Positions 35,787-44,855 of a stretch of 64,000 bases of DNA are shown piece after piece. Below the pieces are notes generated by a model. The model saw nothing but the letters and a program-made list of their open reading frames with translations, ran no database searches and had not been told where the DNA came from. Position 1 is the stretch's first letter. Each line of letters opens with the position of its first letter. A program made the position numbers and the translations under genes. The stretch comes from Candidatus Eiseniibacteriota bacterium (GTDB taxonomy: Bacteria; Eisenbacteria; RBG-16-71-46), in contig JANMQY010000060.1 of the NCBI GenBank assembly GCA_031370785.1, positions 4,826 to 68,825 on the forward strand, given 5' to 3'.

Positions 35787-38489
35787 CTAGCGCACGAGCG
35801 CGACGCGGGCGACCGACTCGCGGAACCCCGCAATGCTGAGGCGCGCGAAGTAGACGCCGCTCGCGAGGTGGCCAGGAAGCGCCGCCTCGAGCGTGCCCAC
35901 CCCGGCTTCGCGGCGGCCGTGTGCAAGCGAAGCCACCCGTCGCCCGGCCAGATCGAACAGGCTCCAGTCGACCTCGGCTGCTCTCGGCAATGCGAGCGAG
36001 ACGCGCAGCCGCTCGTGCGCCGGATTAGGCCACGGCGCGCCAATCGCGAGCCGCGCGGTCCCGGAACCAGCGTCCGAGATCGGACCGGTCGGAAACGTCA
36101 CGCGCACGTGGTCGATGTACCAGCCGTGACCGCCCACGAAGTCGTCGGCGCCCATGTGAAAGCGGAGGCTCACGGACTGGCCCGCATAGGGCGTGAGGTC
36201 GATGATCTCGCTCTTCCATCCATTCGATTTCCCGCTCCAGCACGGCGTGCCCGCTCCGAGCGGCGAGCCCACCGCGGTGTGAGTGTAGCCGGCGGCCGTA
36301 GCAATCGGATCCCAATGAGTGCTGTCCGCGAGAAGCTCGATCCGAACTCCGTCGAATGCGCGCGTCGCGTCGGCCTGCTCGAGGTCATAGCGATGTTCGA
36401 AGCGCACCAGCGTGCCCGGAACCACCGGATAGATCCCCCGCGCCGCCAGCACCGCGTCGAGGTGTGGCGCGTAGAGGCCGGTGTCGCATGCGCCCGCCTT
36501 CCAGCACGTGCCGCCTGCGGGAAAGGACTGATCCTGCGCCAGGTGCCACGGATTCCGGAACGAGTCGGTCTTGATGTACGAACTCCAGCCCGCGCCGCCA
36601 TTCTCGAATTCCTCCTGCCAGTCCCTGCCCACCGTGAACGTGTCGAACGCCGAGTTCGAATAGGTGAGGTTGTGCGCCAGCGCGCGGTCGCGCGCGACGA
36701 ACCGGTACGCAACGCGCCCGCCCACCGGCACTCCGGCGCCGAGCGCCGCCGCGAACGAGTCCTGCCCCGCGGGCGTCGTGGCCATCGAATCGGGCGGCCC
36801 GCCGTTCACCGCGAACTCCACCCATACCGAGTCCACGCCGAGGTTGTCGCGAACGCGCGCGAGCACGGTCTTCGGCAGCTGATCGTCCGGTGCCACCGGC
36901 AGAGGGACGTGGATTACGGCGGGCGGGATCGTGTCGGGTCCCGTGAAATACGTGAAAGGCGCCGCGGCTCCCGCTGCGGGCAGTGTGGCGTCGATGCCGC
37001 TCGAATCGCTGGACGCGCTCAGGTAGTACTCGATCTGCGTGCCGTCCGGCATTCCCGGCAGTGCGCCGGCGAAGGAGTCGGCGGCGACGTTCGCGAGCGG
37101 CACGCTGGTGTATGCGCCCGCCCCCGCCAGCCGCCACCATGCGCGGACCGATGAGGGATCGAGCGCGATCGGAATGCCGGCCTGCTCGATCCACGCCTGT
37201 GCCCCGACCGGTCGCGACACGCCCGCTTCCTCGGTGTCGGGCAGCGGCTGATGCGCGATATGCACGCGGCCGGCGTGCGAGTCGAGCGTGACGTCCACCG
37301 CGGCGCGCCCTTCGGTCGAGCCGGCGATGGTGTTCGGGAAGCGGGTGCGGATGGTGTCGAGCTTCGCGAGATCGGCGGCGGTCGGGTCGGTGCCACGAGG
37401 GACGATCAGCGCGAAGGCGACACGGAACGTGTGCGGCGAGCCGACCGCGTCGGGCACTCGCGGACCGTTCGCGCCCTCGATGTCCGAGACGTGCCACCAC
37501 GTGGCGCGCCCGCGGCAGCCGAGCCCGACGATCGGGTTGCTCCGCGGCACGTACGTGCCCGGAGGATCGAAGTCGGTCGGATCGTTCACGACGAAGAAGG
37601 AGTCGGTCTCGGCTTTGGAGCGCAGCCCCATCAGATACATGTCGAGCATGCCGAAGGCGCTGCTCACCCCGTCAGTGCGGAACGAGTCGGGCGCCGGGGA
37701 GATCCAGTCGCATCCTTCCATGAATGACGAATCCACATCGGCGAAGAAGCTCCAGTGCTCCCAGTCCCGACCGAGCAGGGCGGGCGATGGCTGGCCGGCC
37801 GAGTCCACCATCACGTACGCCAGCCAGCGATGCCCGAACTCGTGGGCCAGCACGTCCAACGTGCTGAAGGAGTCGCCCGGGCCGCCGATGCTGGCGTCGG
37901 GGTTCGCCGGGTAGCGGCTGAGAGCGTTCATGTTGAAGAACGTGTGCAGGCGCGATGGGCTGCCGAAAGCGCCGCCAAAATCGAAGGTATTGAGCCCGAT
38001 TCCCGTCACGTCATTGCGCACCACATCGCAGGTCGCGAGTGCGCCGGTGGATCCGAGCCAGTCCGGCATCCCGCTCGAGAGGTAGACGGCGAGCGCATCG
38101 TAGTCATCGCCGTGAGCGCGGAAGAACGCGTTCGCGACCGAGACGCCGTCCATGATGGTGCGCACCGATTCGGTCAGGAAGAAAAACGTGCCGTCGTCCT
38201 CGAGCACCGCGATCTCGCCCACGTCGGTCGAGTGCGGCGTCGGCAGAGGCTCGCACTCCCGGCGCTCGAGGTGAGTGACGAGCGCGTCGGCGACCGATTC
38301 GATGCGGGTCGCGCAGGCGCCGGCGGGCGCGTCGCCGAAAGGCGCGTTGGCGGCCGGTGCGGAGCCCGGGAAGACTTGCGCAACGCGAGGCGCGGTGGCC
38401 CGGATCGGGTCGGCGGGGCGCGCGATCGCGAGGACGGCGCCCGCGACCAGCGCGAAGGTGGCCGCGAAGAGTGGCAGCGATCGGCGCAT
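35787..38489 (-). CDS. secreted HEXXH zinc metalloprotease (about 900 aa) with C-terminal FlgD-Ig-like/T9SS-type sorting domain
   Basis: Signal peptide MRRSLPLFAATFALVAGAVLAIA, with GAGGA upstream. The zinc motif is LAHEFGHRWL. The C-terminus ...PNPAHERLRVSLALPRAAEVDWSLFDLAGRRVASLAHGRREAGVGTLEAALPGHLASGVYFARL resembles the C-terminal sorting domain of the 20772 gene. Confidence 0.7.
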   Translation of the reverse strand: MRRSLPLFAATFALVAGAVLAIARPADPIRATAPRVAQVFPGSAPAANAPFGDAPAGACATRIESVADALVTHLERRECEPLPTPHSTDVGEIAVLEDDGTFFFLTESVRTIMDGVSVANAFFRAHGDDYDALAVYLSSGMPDWLGSTGALATCDVVRNDVTGIGLNTFDFGGAFGSPSRLHTFFNMNALSRYPANPDASIGGPGDSFSTLDVLAHEFGHRWLAYVMVDSAGQPSPALLGRDWEHWSFFADVDSSFMEGCDWISPAPDSFRTDGVSSAFGMLDMYLMGLRSKAETDSFFVVNDPTDFDPPGTYVPRSNPIVGLGCRGRATWWHVSDIEGANGPRVPDAVGSPHTFRVAFALIVPRGTDPTAADLAKLDTIRTRFPNTIAGSTEGRAAVDVTLDSHAGRVHIAHQPLPDTEEAGVSRPVGAQAWIEQAGIPIALDPSSVRAWWRLAGAGAYTSVPLANVAADSFAGALPGMPDGTQIEYYLSASSDSSGIDATLPAAGAAAPFTYFTGPDTIPPAVIHVPLPVAPDDQLPKTVLARVRDNLGVDSVWVEFAVNGGPPDSMATTPAGQDSFAAALGAGVPVGGRVAYRFVARDRALAHNLTYSNSAFDTFTVGRDWQEEFENGGAGWSSYIKTDSFRNPWHLAQDQSFPAGGTCWKAGACDTGLYAPHLDAVLAARGIYPVVPGTLVRFEHRYDLEQADATRAFDGVRIELLADSTHWDPIATAAGYTHTAVGSPLGAGTPCWSGKSNGWKSEIIDLTPYAGQSVSLRFHMGADDFVGGHGWYIDHVRVTFPTGPISDAGSGTARLAIGAPWPNPAHERLRVSLALPRAAEVDWSLFDLAGRRVASLAHGRREAGVGTLEAALPGHLASGVYFARLSIAGFRESVARVALVR

Positions 38490-38547
38490 GCGAATCCTCG
38501 GGGGGGGGCAATGATTCGGCAGCGCTGAAGCCGCTGCAGGCGCGATT

Positions 38548-40005
38548 CTAGCGCATCGGCTCCATGTCGTGGAACCAGGTCTCGAGGGAATCGCCACGGG
38601 CGGGGCGTTCCGGCGTGTCCGCCCCGGGCGTGCCGCGCAGGGCCAGCCGGGCGTATTCGGCCCGGGTGAGCCACACGGTCGGGCGGCCGGTGGTGAATGC
38701 GACGAAGTCCGGAGTGTCCGAGAACATGAGGTTACTCCGTGGCGCGGGCCGCGCGGCCAGCGCCGCGCGCTCGAAGGCGAGCCGGACTTCGAACGTGCGC
38801 GCCTCGCGCGCGGCGTCCCTGAGGGTCGGGAGCGAGGTCGGCAGCGCCATCAGGATCAGCAGCGTGATCCAGGTACGCGGCCCGCGTCCCCACGCGGGAA
38901 GGAACGAGGCGAGCTTGCGCCCGCCGAGCGCTGCGGCCAGCGACCACAGCGGCAGGAATGGAGTGAGGTAGCGATCGTCGTAGACCGCGAACGTCATGAT
39001 CCCGATCGGAATCGCGGCGAGCAGCAGCGCGACCAGGGCCCGCCGCCGCGGCGCCATGAGGGCGCCGATTGCGGCGAGCCAGCCGGTGGCGCCGGTCGGG
39101 GTGAGCAGCGCGCGCTTGAGCGCGTGCGGGAAGAAGTCTCGGGCCTTTTCGAGAACGATGGGCAGCGATCCCGCCAGCGTCGAGGGCCAGCGCGCCGGGG
39201 TCATGTCGAAGTCGCGGATCACGCTCAGCCCGGGACGCGCGCCCCAGTAGCCGATCAGCAGATAGGAGGAGAGGTTGAACCACGGCGCGCCGCACGCGCG
39301 CAGGTTGTGAACCCACCACGGCGCGAGGCACGCCACGCACGCCAGCAGTGCGGCGAGACGCCCGCGGCCGCGCGCGAGCAACAGCACCGCGGGAAGCGCG
39401 CTCAGCATCTCGGGCCGCGCGAGCGCGGCCAGCCCGAGTGCGATCCCGGCGCGCGCGGCCGATCCGGTACCCCCGGAGGCAAGATTGAGCGCGAGCACGA
39501 GCAGAGCGGCGCCGAGCAATAGCGAAGGATCATGGTTCACTGCGCGCAGGGTTCCCGGGGCGAGCGTGAACAGCAGCGCCGCTCCCGCGCCCACGTCGGG
39601 GCCGAAGCGCCGCGCGGCCATGTGGTAGAGCGCGACCGCGGCGAGCAGCGCGAACGCGGCGCTCACCCATGCGAAGTGGTCGATCACGCGATCGCCGAGC
39701 ACGCGCAGCAGCGGCGCGACGATCAGCGGGGCCAGCGGGCCGTGGATCAGCACCGGCACAGTGTTCGCCGTATCGCGAAGCATCCACAGTGGGGGATGGA
39801 TCACGCCGGTGCGGAATCCGTGCCCCGCGAGCAGCTGGCGCGCGGCCACACCGTATTCCCAGGTGTCATCGAGCGGGTCCGGAACTCCGGCGCGCAGCAC
39901 GACGAGATCACTGAACCAGTAGAGCGCGATCGCGGCGAGCGTCGCCACGAGCCACGGCGACATCTGTCGCAATCGCGACGACGTTCGCGGGCCGGGTTCG
40001 GACAT
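38548..40005 (-). CDS. glycosyltransferase family 39 (ArnT/PMT-like) polytopic membrane protein
   Basis: Many TM helices, with the N-terminal loop DDTWEYGVAARQLLAGHGF typical of GT-C ArnT-like enzymes. The start was chosen at MSEPGPR. Confidence 0.6.
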   Translation of the reverse strand: MSEPGPRTSSRLRQMSPWLVATLAAIALYWFSDLVVLRAGVPDPLDDTWEYGVAARQLLAGHGFRTGVIHPPLWMLRDTANTVPVLIHGPLAPLIVAPLLRVLGDRVIDHFAWVSAAFALLAAVALYHMAARRFGPDVGAGAALLFTLAPGTLRAVNHDPSLLLGAALLVLALNLASGGTGSAARAGIALGLAALARPEMLSALPAVLLLARGRGRLAALLACVACLAPWWVHNLRACGAPWFNLSSYLLIGYWGARPGLSVIRDFDMTPARWPSTLAGSLPIVLEKARDFFPHALKRALLTPTGATGWLAAIGALMAPRRRALVALLLAAIPIGIMTFAVYDDRYLTPFLPLWSLAAALGGRKLASFLPAWGRGPRTWITLLILMALPTSLPTLRDAAREARTFEVRLAFERAALAARPAPRSNLMFSDTPDFVAFTTGRPTVWLTRAEYARLALRGTPGADTPERPARGDSLETWFHDMEPMR

Positions 40006-40094
40006 GGCGCGGCACTCTGGCATGCGTGCAGCGCCGAATCAACCGCGGTGCGCATGCTATAGTCCGCCGTTCGTTCGGGACGGAGGGGAGCCGC

Positions 40095-41363
40095 GTGAAC
40101 CTGGACTGGCGCCGCCTGAGGGCGGTGGTGCTCGAGAGCGATGATTGGGGGCTGTGCGCCTGGTCTCCGGACGAGCAGGCGCGGCTCGTGCTCGCCGACA
40201 CGCCGGCGTTCCGCAGCCCGGCCGGTGCCCGCTACGGCGGGTCCACGCTGGAGAGCGCGAGCGATGTGCGCGCCCTCACCGATCTCCTGCTCGAATTCCG
40301 CGGTGGCGATGGGCTGGCGCCGGTGCTGCAGGCCAATACCGTGATGGCCTCGCCCGACTACGTCGGCCTCGAGCCGCCGCTGTTTGCCGCCGGGCAGCTG
40401 CCGCTCATCGACTTTCCGCAGACACCCTCGCGCTGGGCCCGTCCCGGGCTGTGGGGCGAGGTGGTGCGCGCGCGTGAGGCCGGCGTGTGGTGGCCCGAGC
40501 TGCACGGCCTGACCCACCTGCCCGAGCACACGTGGCTCTCCGCGCTCCGCCGGGCCGAGGCCGACGCGCGCCGCGCGCACGAACAGCAGAGCCCGATCTG
40601 TCAAGCGGTCGAGTCGAGCGGGGAATACGACGCCTCCGAGCCGATCGAGGTCCGCAGGCGCAATCTCGCGCTGGCCGTCGAGAAATTCCGGGAGCTGTTC
40701 GGGCGTCCGCCGACCTCGTTCTGCCCGCCTGATTACCGCTGGGACGAAGCCTGCGATGCCGACGCCGATCGGCTTGGCCTGACCACGTTCCAGGGAAAGG
40801 CGGAGCGAACCGGATCCGTGCTGCCGCGCCTGCGGCGCGTGCTCGGCCGCTATCCGTGGCCCGACTTCGAGGGATCGCGCTTCCATCTGCCGCCGCGCAT
40901 CGCCTTCGAGCCCTCGGTCACCGATCGCGCTGCGGCGCGGGTCGGCGTCGATGCCGCGCGTAAAGCGGTGCGCACCGCGTGGGGGCGGGGCCAGCCCGCG
41001 GTGATCAGCTCGCATCGGATGAACTACGTGCATCTCGAAGACGCGCGCGCGCAGGCCGGGCGCTCGCATCTGCGCGACCTGCTCTCCGCGCTCGCCGAGG
41101 ACGGCGCCATGTTCCTGACCGACGCCGAGGTGCGCAGCCTGGTCGAGCGCGACTGGTCGGTGCGCCCGATCGCGACGCGCGGTGCGCTGGTCCGCTACTA
41201 CGGCCCGCCGCGCGAGCCTGTGTATTTTCCCGCGCCGGCCGGGGCCGAGGGCGCGACCGTGCGCGAGGGACGTCCCGGTGAGGCCGAGGTCGCGGTCGAA
41301 CGAGGCGAGGTGATGCTGCGCGCGAACGTCGGCGAATACCTGCTCGAATGGGGACACGCGTGA
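40095..41363 (+). CDS. hypothetical protein (possible polysaccharide-deacetylase-like fold)
   Basis: GGAGGGGAG lies upstream of the GTG. The N-terminus AVVLESDDWGLCAW resembles the NodB-type motif (V/A)LTFDDG, and ...VISSHRMNY... follows later. This is a weak assignment. Confidence 0.45.
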   Translation: MNLDWRRLRAVVLESDDWGLCAWSPDEQARLVLADTPAFRSPAGARYGGSTLESASDVRALTDLLLEFRGGDGLAPVLQANTVMASPDYVGLEPPLFAAGQLPLIDFPQTPSRWARPGLWGEVVRAREAGVWWPELHGLTHLPEHTWLSALRRAEADARRAHEQQSPICQAVESSGEYDASEPIEVRRRNLALAVEKFRELFGRPPTSFCPPDYRWDEACDADADRLGLTTFQGKAERTGSVLPRLRRVLGRYPWPDFEGSRFHLPPRIAFEPSVTDRAAARVGVDAARKAVRTAWGRGQPAVISSHRMNYVHLEDARAQAGRSHLRDLLSALAEDGAMFLTDAEVRSLVERDWSVRPIATRGALVRYYGPPREPVYFPAPAGAEGATVREGRPGEAEVAVERGEVMLRANVGEYLLEWGHA

Positions 41364-42073
41364 GCGATGCGTGGCGGGTGTCCCGGGGCCGGGTCGGGAA
41401 GTGGTCGGTGTGGAAGTTCAACTGGCTCGCGAACCACAAGATCATCCGGGTTCTGGAGCGGGCCCGCGTTCACGCGCACGGCCGTCTGCTCGACGTGGGC
41501 TGCGGCTCACGGCCGTTCGCCTCGACGTTCGCCGGCCGGATCACGCACTACATCGGCACCGATCTCTACGCCTCGCCCTACCTCGACTCGCATCCGCCCG
41601 ACATCCGCGCGGCCGCTGATGCGCAGCCGATTCGCAGCGCGAGCATGGACACCGTGTTCGGCCTGTCGATGCTCACCTACATGCCCGAGCCGCTGCGCAT
41701 GATCGAGGAGGCGTACCGGGTACTGAAACCCGGCGGCATGCTGCTGCTCGAGTTCACGCAGATGGTCCCGCTGCACGACCCGCCGAACGACTACTTCCGC
41801 TTCACCCGGTACGGCGCCGCCTATCTGCTCGAGCGGGCCGGCTTCGAGCCGGTCGAGTTCATCCCGATCGGTGGACTGTGGGCGCGGGTGGGTCTGAGCA
41901 CGATCGCCGCGCTCAACCGGGTCAATCGTGGCCCGACCCGTGTGCTGACCGAGATCCCGGTGCGCATTCTCTACGTGGTGCTGCAGGTGGGATTCGAGCT
42001 TCTCGACCGGCTGTGGTTCGACCCGGACGAGGTGCTCGCTCACCTTGTAATCGCGAGAAAGCCGCATTCTTGA
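41360..42073 (+). CDS. class I SAM-dependent methyltransferase
   Basis: The LLDVGCGSRPF motif I is followed by VLKPGGMLLLEF. Its GTG overlaps the upstream stop (GTGA). Confidence 0.7.
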   Translation: MSDAWRVSRGRVGKWSVWKFNWLANHKIIRVLERARVHAHGRLLDVGCGSRPFASTFAGRITHYIGTDLYASPYLDSHPPDIRAAADAQPIRSASMDTVFGLSMLTYMPEPLRMIEEAYRVLKPGGMLLLEFTQMVPLHDPPNDYFRFTRYGAAYLLERAGFEPVEFIPIGGLWARVGLSTIAALNRVNRGPTRVLTEIPVRILYVVLQVGFELLDRLWFDPDEVLAHLVIARKPHS

Positions 42074-42105
42074 CCCTGTTTTAACACGGGTGCTAGTGTC
42101 CCGGC

Positions 42106-43845
42106 GTGATTCCCACATCATCTGCTCCCTCTCCGGTCGTGCGCCTCCTTCCGCAGCTGGCAGATTTCGCCGCCCGCCAATACGGGGATACCCCGTTCGT
42201 GCTGCGCTCGACCCGTGCGGGCTGGCGGGGTTTTTCGTTCAACCAGGCAGCTGCCGCGATGTATTCGTTCGCTGCGGCCCTCGAAGCCGCGGGGGTGAAG
42301 GCGGGGGATCGGGTCGGACTGGTCAGCGAGAACCGGCCCGAGATGGGCCTCGCCTATCTCGCCGTGCTCGCGATCGGCGCGGTGGTCGTGCCGCTCGACC
42401 CGCAGCTCAAGGCGCTCGAGGCGGGCGAGATCCTGGCCACGGCCGGAGCGCTCTTCTCGATCGGAAGCGAGAAACGGCTGGACCTGCTGCGCGAAGTGCA
42501 GACCTCGCGCCTCTCCGCGCTGCGCATGATTTCGCTCGATGAATCGAGTGCGCTCCCCAGCTTTCCGGACGCGCTGCGCCGGTTTGCGAACGCGCCTCCG
42601 CGCGAGATGCGCGGCTCGCCCGGAGACCTGGCGGCACTGCTGTTCACCTCGGGCACGACCGGGCGGGCCAAGGGTGTGATGCTCTCGCACGCCAACCTGC
42701 TCTCGAACGTCGAGGGCGTTGCGAACACGCTCGAATTCGGGCCCGCGGATCGCTTCCTTTCGGTGCTGCCGCTCCATCACACGTTCGAATTCACCGGCGG
42801 GTTCCTGTGCCCGATGCGGGTCGGCGCGAGCATCGCCTATGCGCGCGGCCTCAATTCGACCGAGCTGCGCGAGGACATGCGCTCCTCGGGCGCGACCATC
42901 ATCCTCGGCGTTCCGCTGCTCTACGAAAAGCTGCTCACCGCGATCCATCGGGGCATCGCCGAGGCGCCGCTCCCGCGCCGCCTGCTCGCGCGCACGCTGC
43001 TCGGCGTGACGCGCCTCGTGCGCCTCGTCACCGGCCAGCGGATCGGGCGCACGCTCATGCGCCCGCTGCGCGAGCGCGCCGGGATGGATCGGCTCCGCCT
43101 GTTCGTCTCGGGCGCCGCGACTCTTCCTCCCGAACTGTTCTGGGGATTCATCGATCTGGGCTGGCCGGTGCTCGAGGGATACGGGCTCACCGAATGCTCG
43201 CCGGTGGTGGCGGCGAATCGTCCCGGGCATCCACGCACGGGTGCGGTCGGCTGGCCGCTGATCGGCGTCGACGTGCGCATCGATCGACCGGACGCCGAGG
43301 GCAACGGCGAGATCGCCGTTCGCGGGCCAAACGTGATGCTCGGCTACTATGGCGATCCGCAGGGCACCGCCGAAGTGCTGCGCGAGGGCTGGTTCTACAC
43401 CGGCGACCTGGGCCAGTTCACCGTGGACGGTCGGGTGCGCATCACCGGACGTCTCAAGAACATGATCGCGACCGCGGCGGGGAAGAAGATCTATCCGGAG
43501 GAGATCGAGACGCAGCTCTCCGGCTCTCCCTACATTCTCGAAGTGGTCGTCGCCAGTGGCCGTGATGCGCGCGGTGAGCGCGAAGAGGTCCATGCCCACG
43601 TGCTGCCGAACCTGTCCGCGCTCGAAGCGCTGGCGACTTCGACCAGGGCCCGGTTCGACGATGCGTTTGTCGAGAGCGTGCTGCGCCGCGAAGTCGAGGC
43701 GCGCTGCCAGCCGCTCGCGCCATTCAAGCGGGTGAAGCGAGTGATCGTGCGTCGCCAGGAATTCCCGAGGACCACGACCGGAAAGATCCGGCGACAGGAC
43801 CTGGCCGCGGAGCAATCGGGCACGCACGCATCGGCAGTCGCCTGA
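42106..43845 (+). CDS. AMP-dependent synthetase/ligase (acyl-CoA synthetase-like)
   Basis: AMP-binding motifs LLFTSGTTGRAKGVMLSH, EGYGLTE and YTGDLG, plus the C-terminal TTTGKIRRQDL. The start is uncertain; an alternative in-frame GTG lies 11 codons downstream. Confidence 0.8.
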   Translation: MIPTSSAPSPVVRLLPQLADFAARQYGDTPFVLRSTRAGWRGFSFNQAAAAMYSFAAALEAAGVKAGDRVGLVSENRPEMGLAYLAVLAIGAVVVPLDPQLKALEAGEILATAGALFSIGSEKRLDLLREVQTSRLSALRMISLDESSALPSFPDALRRFANAPPREMRGSPGDLAALLFTSGTTGRAKGVMLSHANLLSNVEGVANTLEFGPADRFLSVLPLHHTFEFTGGFLCPMRVGASIAYARGLNSTELREDMRSSGATIILGVPLLYEKLLTAIHRGIAEAPLPRRLLARTLLGVTRLVRLVTGQRIGRTLMRPLRERAGMDRLRLFVSGAATLPPELFWGFIDLGWPVLEGYGLTECSPVVAANRPGHPRTGAVGWPLIGVDVRIDRPDAEGNGEIAVRGPNVMLGYYGDPQGTAEVLREGWFYTGDLGQFTVDGRVRITGRLKNMIATAAGKKIYPEEIETQLSGSPYILEVVVASGRDARGEREEVHAHVLPNLSALEALATSTRARFDDAFVESVLRREVEARCQPLAPFKRVKRVIVRRQEFPRTTTGKIRRQDLAAEQSGTHASAVA

Positions 43846-43849
43846 CGCC

Positions 43850-44332
43850 ATGTCCATCGACCCGATTCCGACCGTCTCGATCAGCAGGGTGATGGGCCTT
43901 CTCGAAGTGCTGGAAGACGCGGGCGGGCGCTACGACGTCTTTCGACTGGCTCGCGACATCAACTACGAGTTCGGCGAGATCCTGATGGTGATCAAGGCCG
44001 CCGAGCTGCTCGATCTGGTGGTGACGCCGGGTGCGGACGTCGTGCTCACCGGCACCGGCAGCGCGCTCCTGCGCGCGAAGGTGAATGCGCGCAAGAAGCT
44101 GCTCAAGGAGCAGATCAAGAAGCTGCCGCTGTTTCGAACCGTTGTCGAAGTGCTGATGCGCAGCGAAGACCGGCGCACCGACGAGAGCACGTTTCTCGAG
44201 ATCTTCGCGCTGCACCTGCCGGCCGAGTCGGCCGAGGCTCTGCTGAAGACGGTGATCGACTGGGGTCGATACACCGAGCTGCTGGGCTACAGCCCCGACG
44301 ACAAGCAGCTCTATCTCGATCAGCCCGACTGA
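43850..44332 (+). CDS. hypothetical protein, resembles the stand-alone AAA-associated C-terminal domain of NitT/TauT-type ABC ATPases
   Basis: A 160-aa helical protein with ...VMGLLEVLEDAGGRYDVFRLARDINYEFGEILMVIKAAELLDLV.... It starts 5 nt after the ligase gene. The family assignment is tentative. Confidence 0.45.
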   Translation: MSIDPIPTVSISRVMGLLEVLEDAGGRYDVFRLARDINYEFGEILMVIKAAELLDLVVTPGADVVLTGTGSALLRAKVNARKKLLKEQIKKLPLFRTVVEVLMRSEDRRTDESTFLEIFALHLPAESAEALLKTVIDWGRYTELLGYSPDDKQLYLDQPD

Positions 44333-44335
44333 AGG

Positions 44336-44719
44336 CTACTTGCCGAGCTTGGTCTCCGGCTGGTAGATCACTTCGCCGTTGCCATCGATGGTCATGACGT
44401 GGCGCTGCACCATCGGCCCCTTCGGAACCATCCCGCCGCTCCAGTGCGATTCGCCGACGCGATCCGACCACTGCCAAACCAGCTCGAACGACGCGTCGCG
44501 GCTCACCTTGAACGGGAATACGACGCGTTCGTTGTCCGCCAGAGTCTCCTTGACGAACGTCTGGCCGTCGATGATCACGCGAATGCGCTCGAGGCGATGT
44601 CCGGAGTTGTTCACGACCACCGCATCGTGGGAAGCCGTGCGGTTGGTGAGCTCGGGATAGTGCTTCCACCCATACCACGCGGCTGCCACGACCAGCACCA
44701 GCAAAAACAGTCTCTTCAT
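44336..44719 (-). CDS. hypothetical membrane-anchored periplasmic protein
   Basis: GGAGGG lies upstream of the ATG. MKRLFLLVLVVAAAWYGW gives a single N-terminal TM anchor, and the product is 127 aa. Confidence 0.5.
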   Translation of the reverse strand: MKRLFLLVLVVAAAWYGWKHYPELTNRTASHDAVVVNNSGHRLERIRVIIDGQTFVKETLADNERVVFPFKVSRDASFELVWQWSDRVGESHWSGGMVPKGPMVQRHVMTIDGNGEVIYQPETKLGK

Positions 44720-44855
44720 GAATCCCTCCATGGAGAATGTCCCGGCTTCCTGCCAGGCACGCGCGTCACCCTAATCGCGCCCACCGCCGCGCGCAAGGGT
44801 TGACGCACCAGCGAGGGCGTCGCGACGACGCCCGAGCGAGCGCATGACCCGCGCG

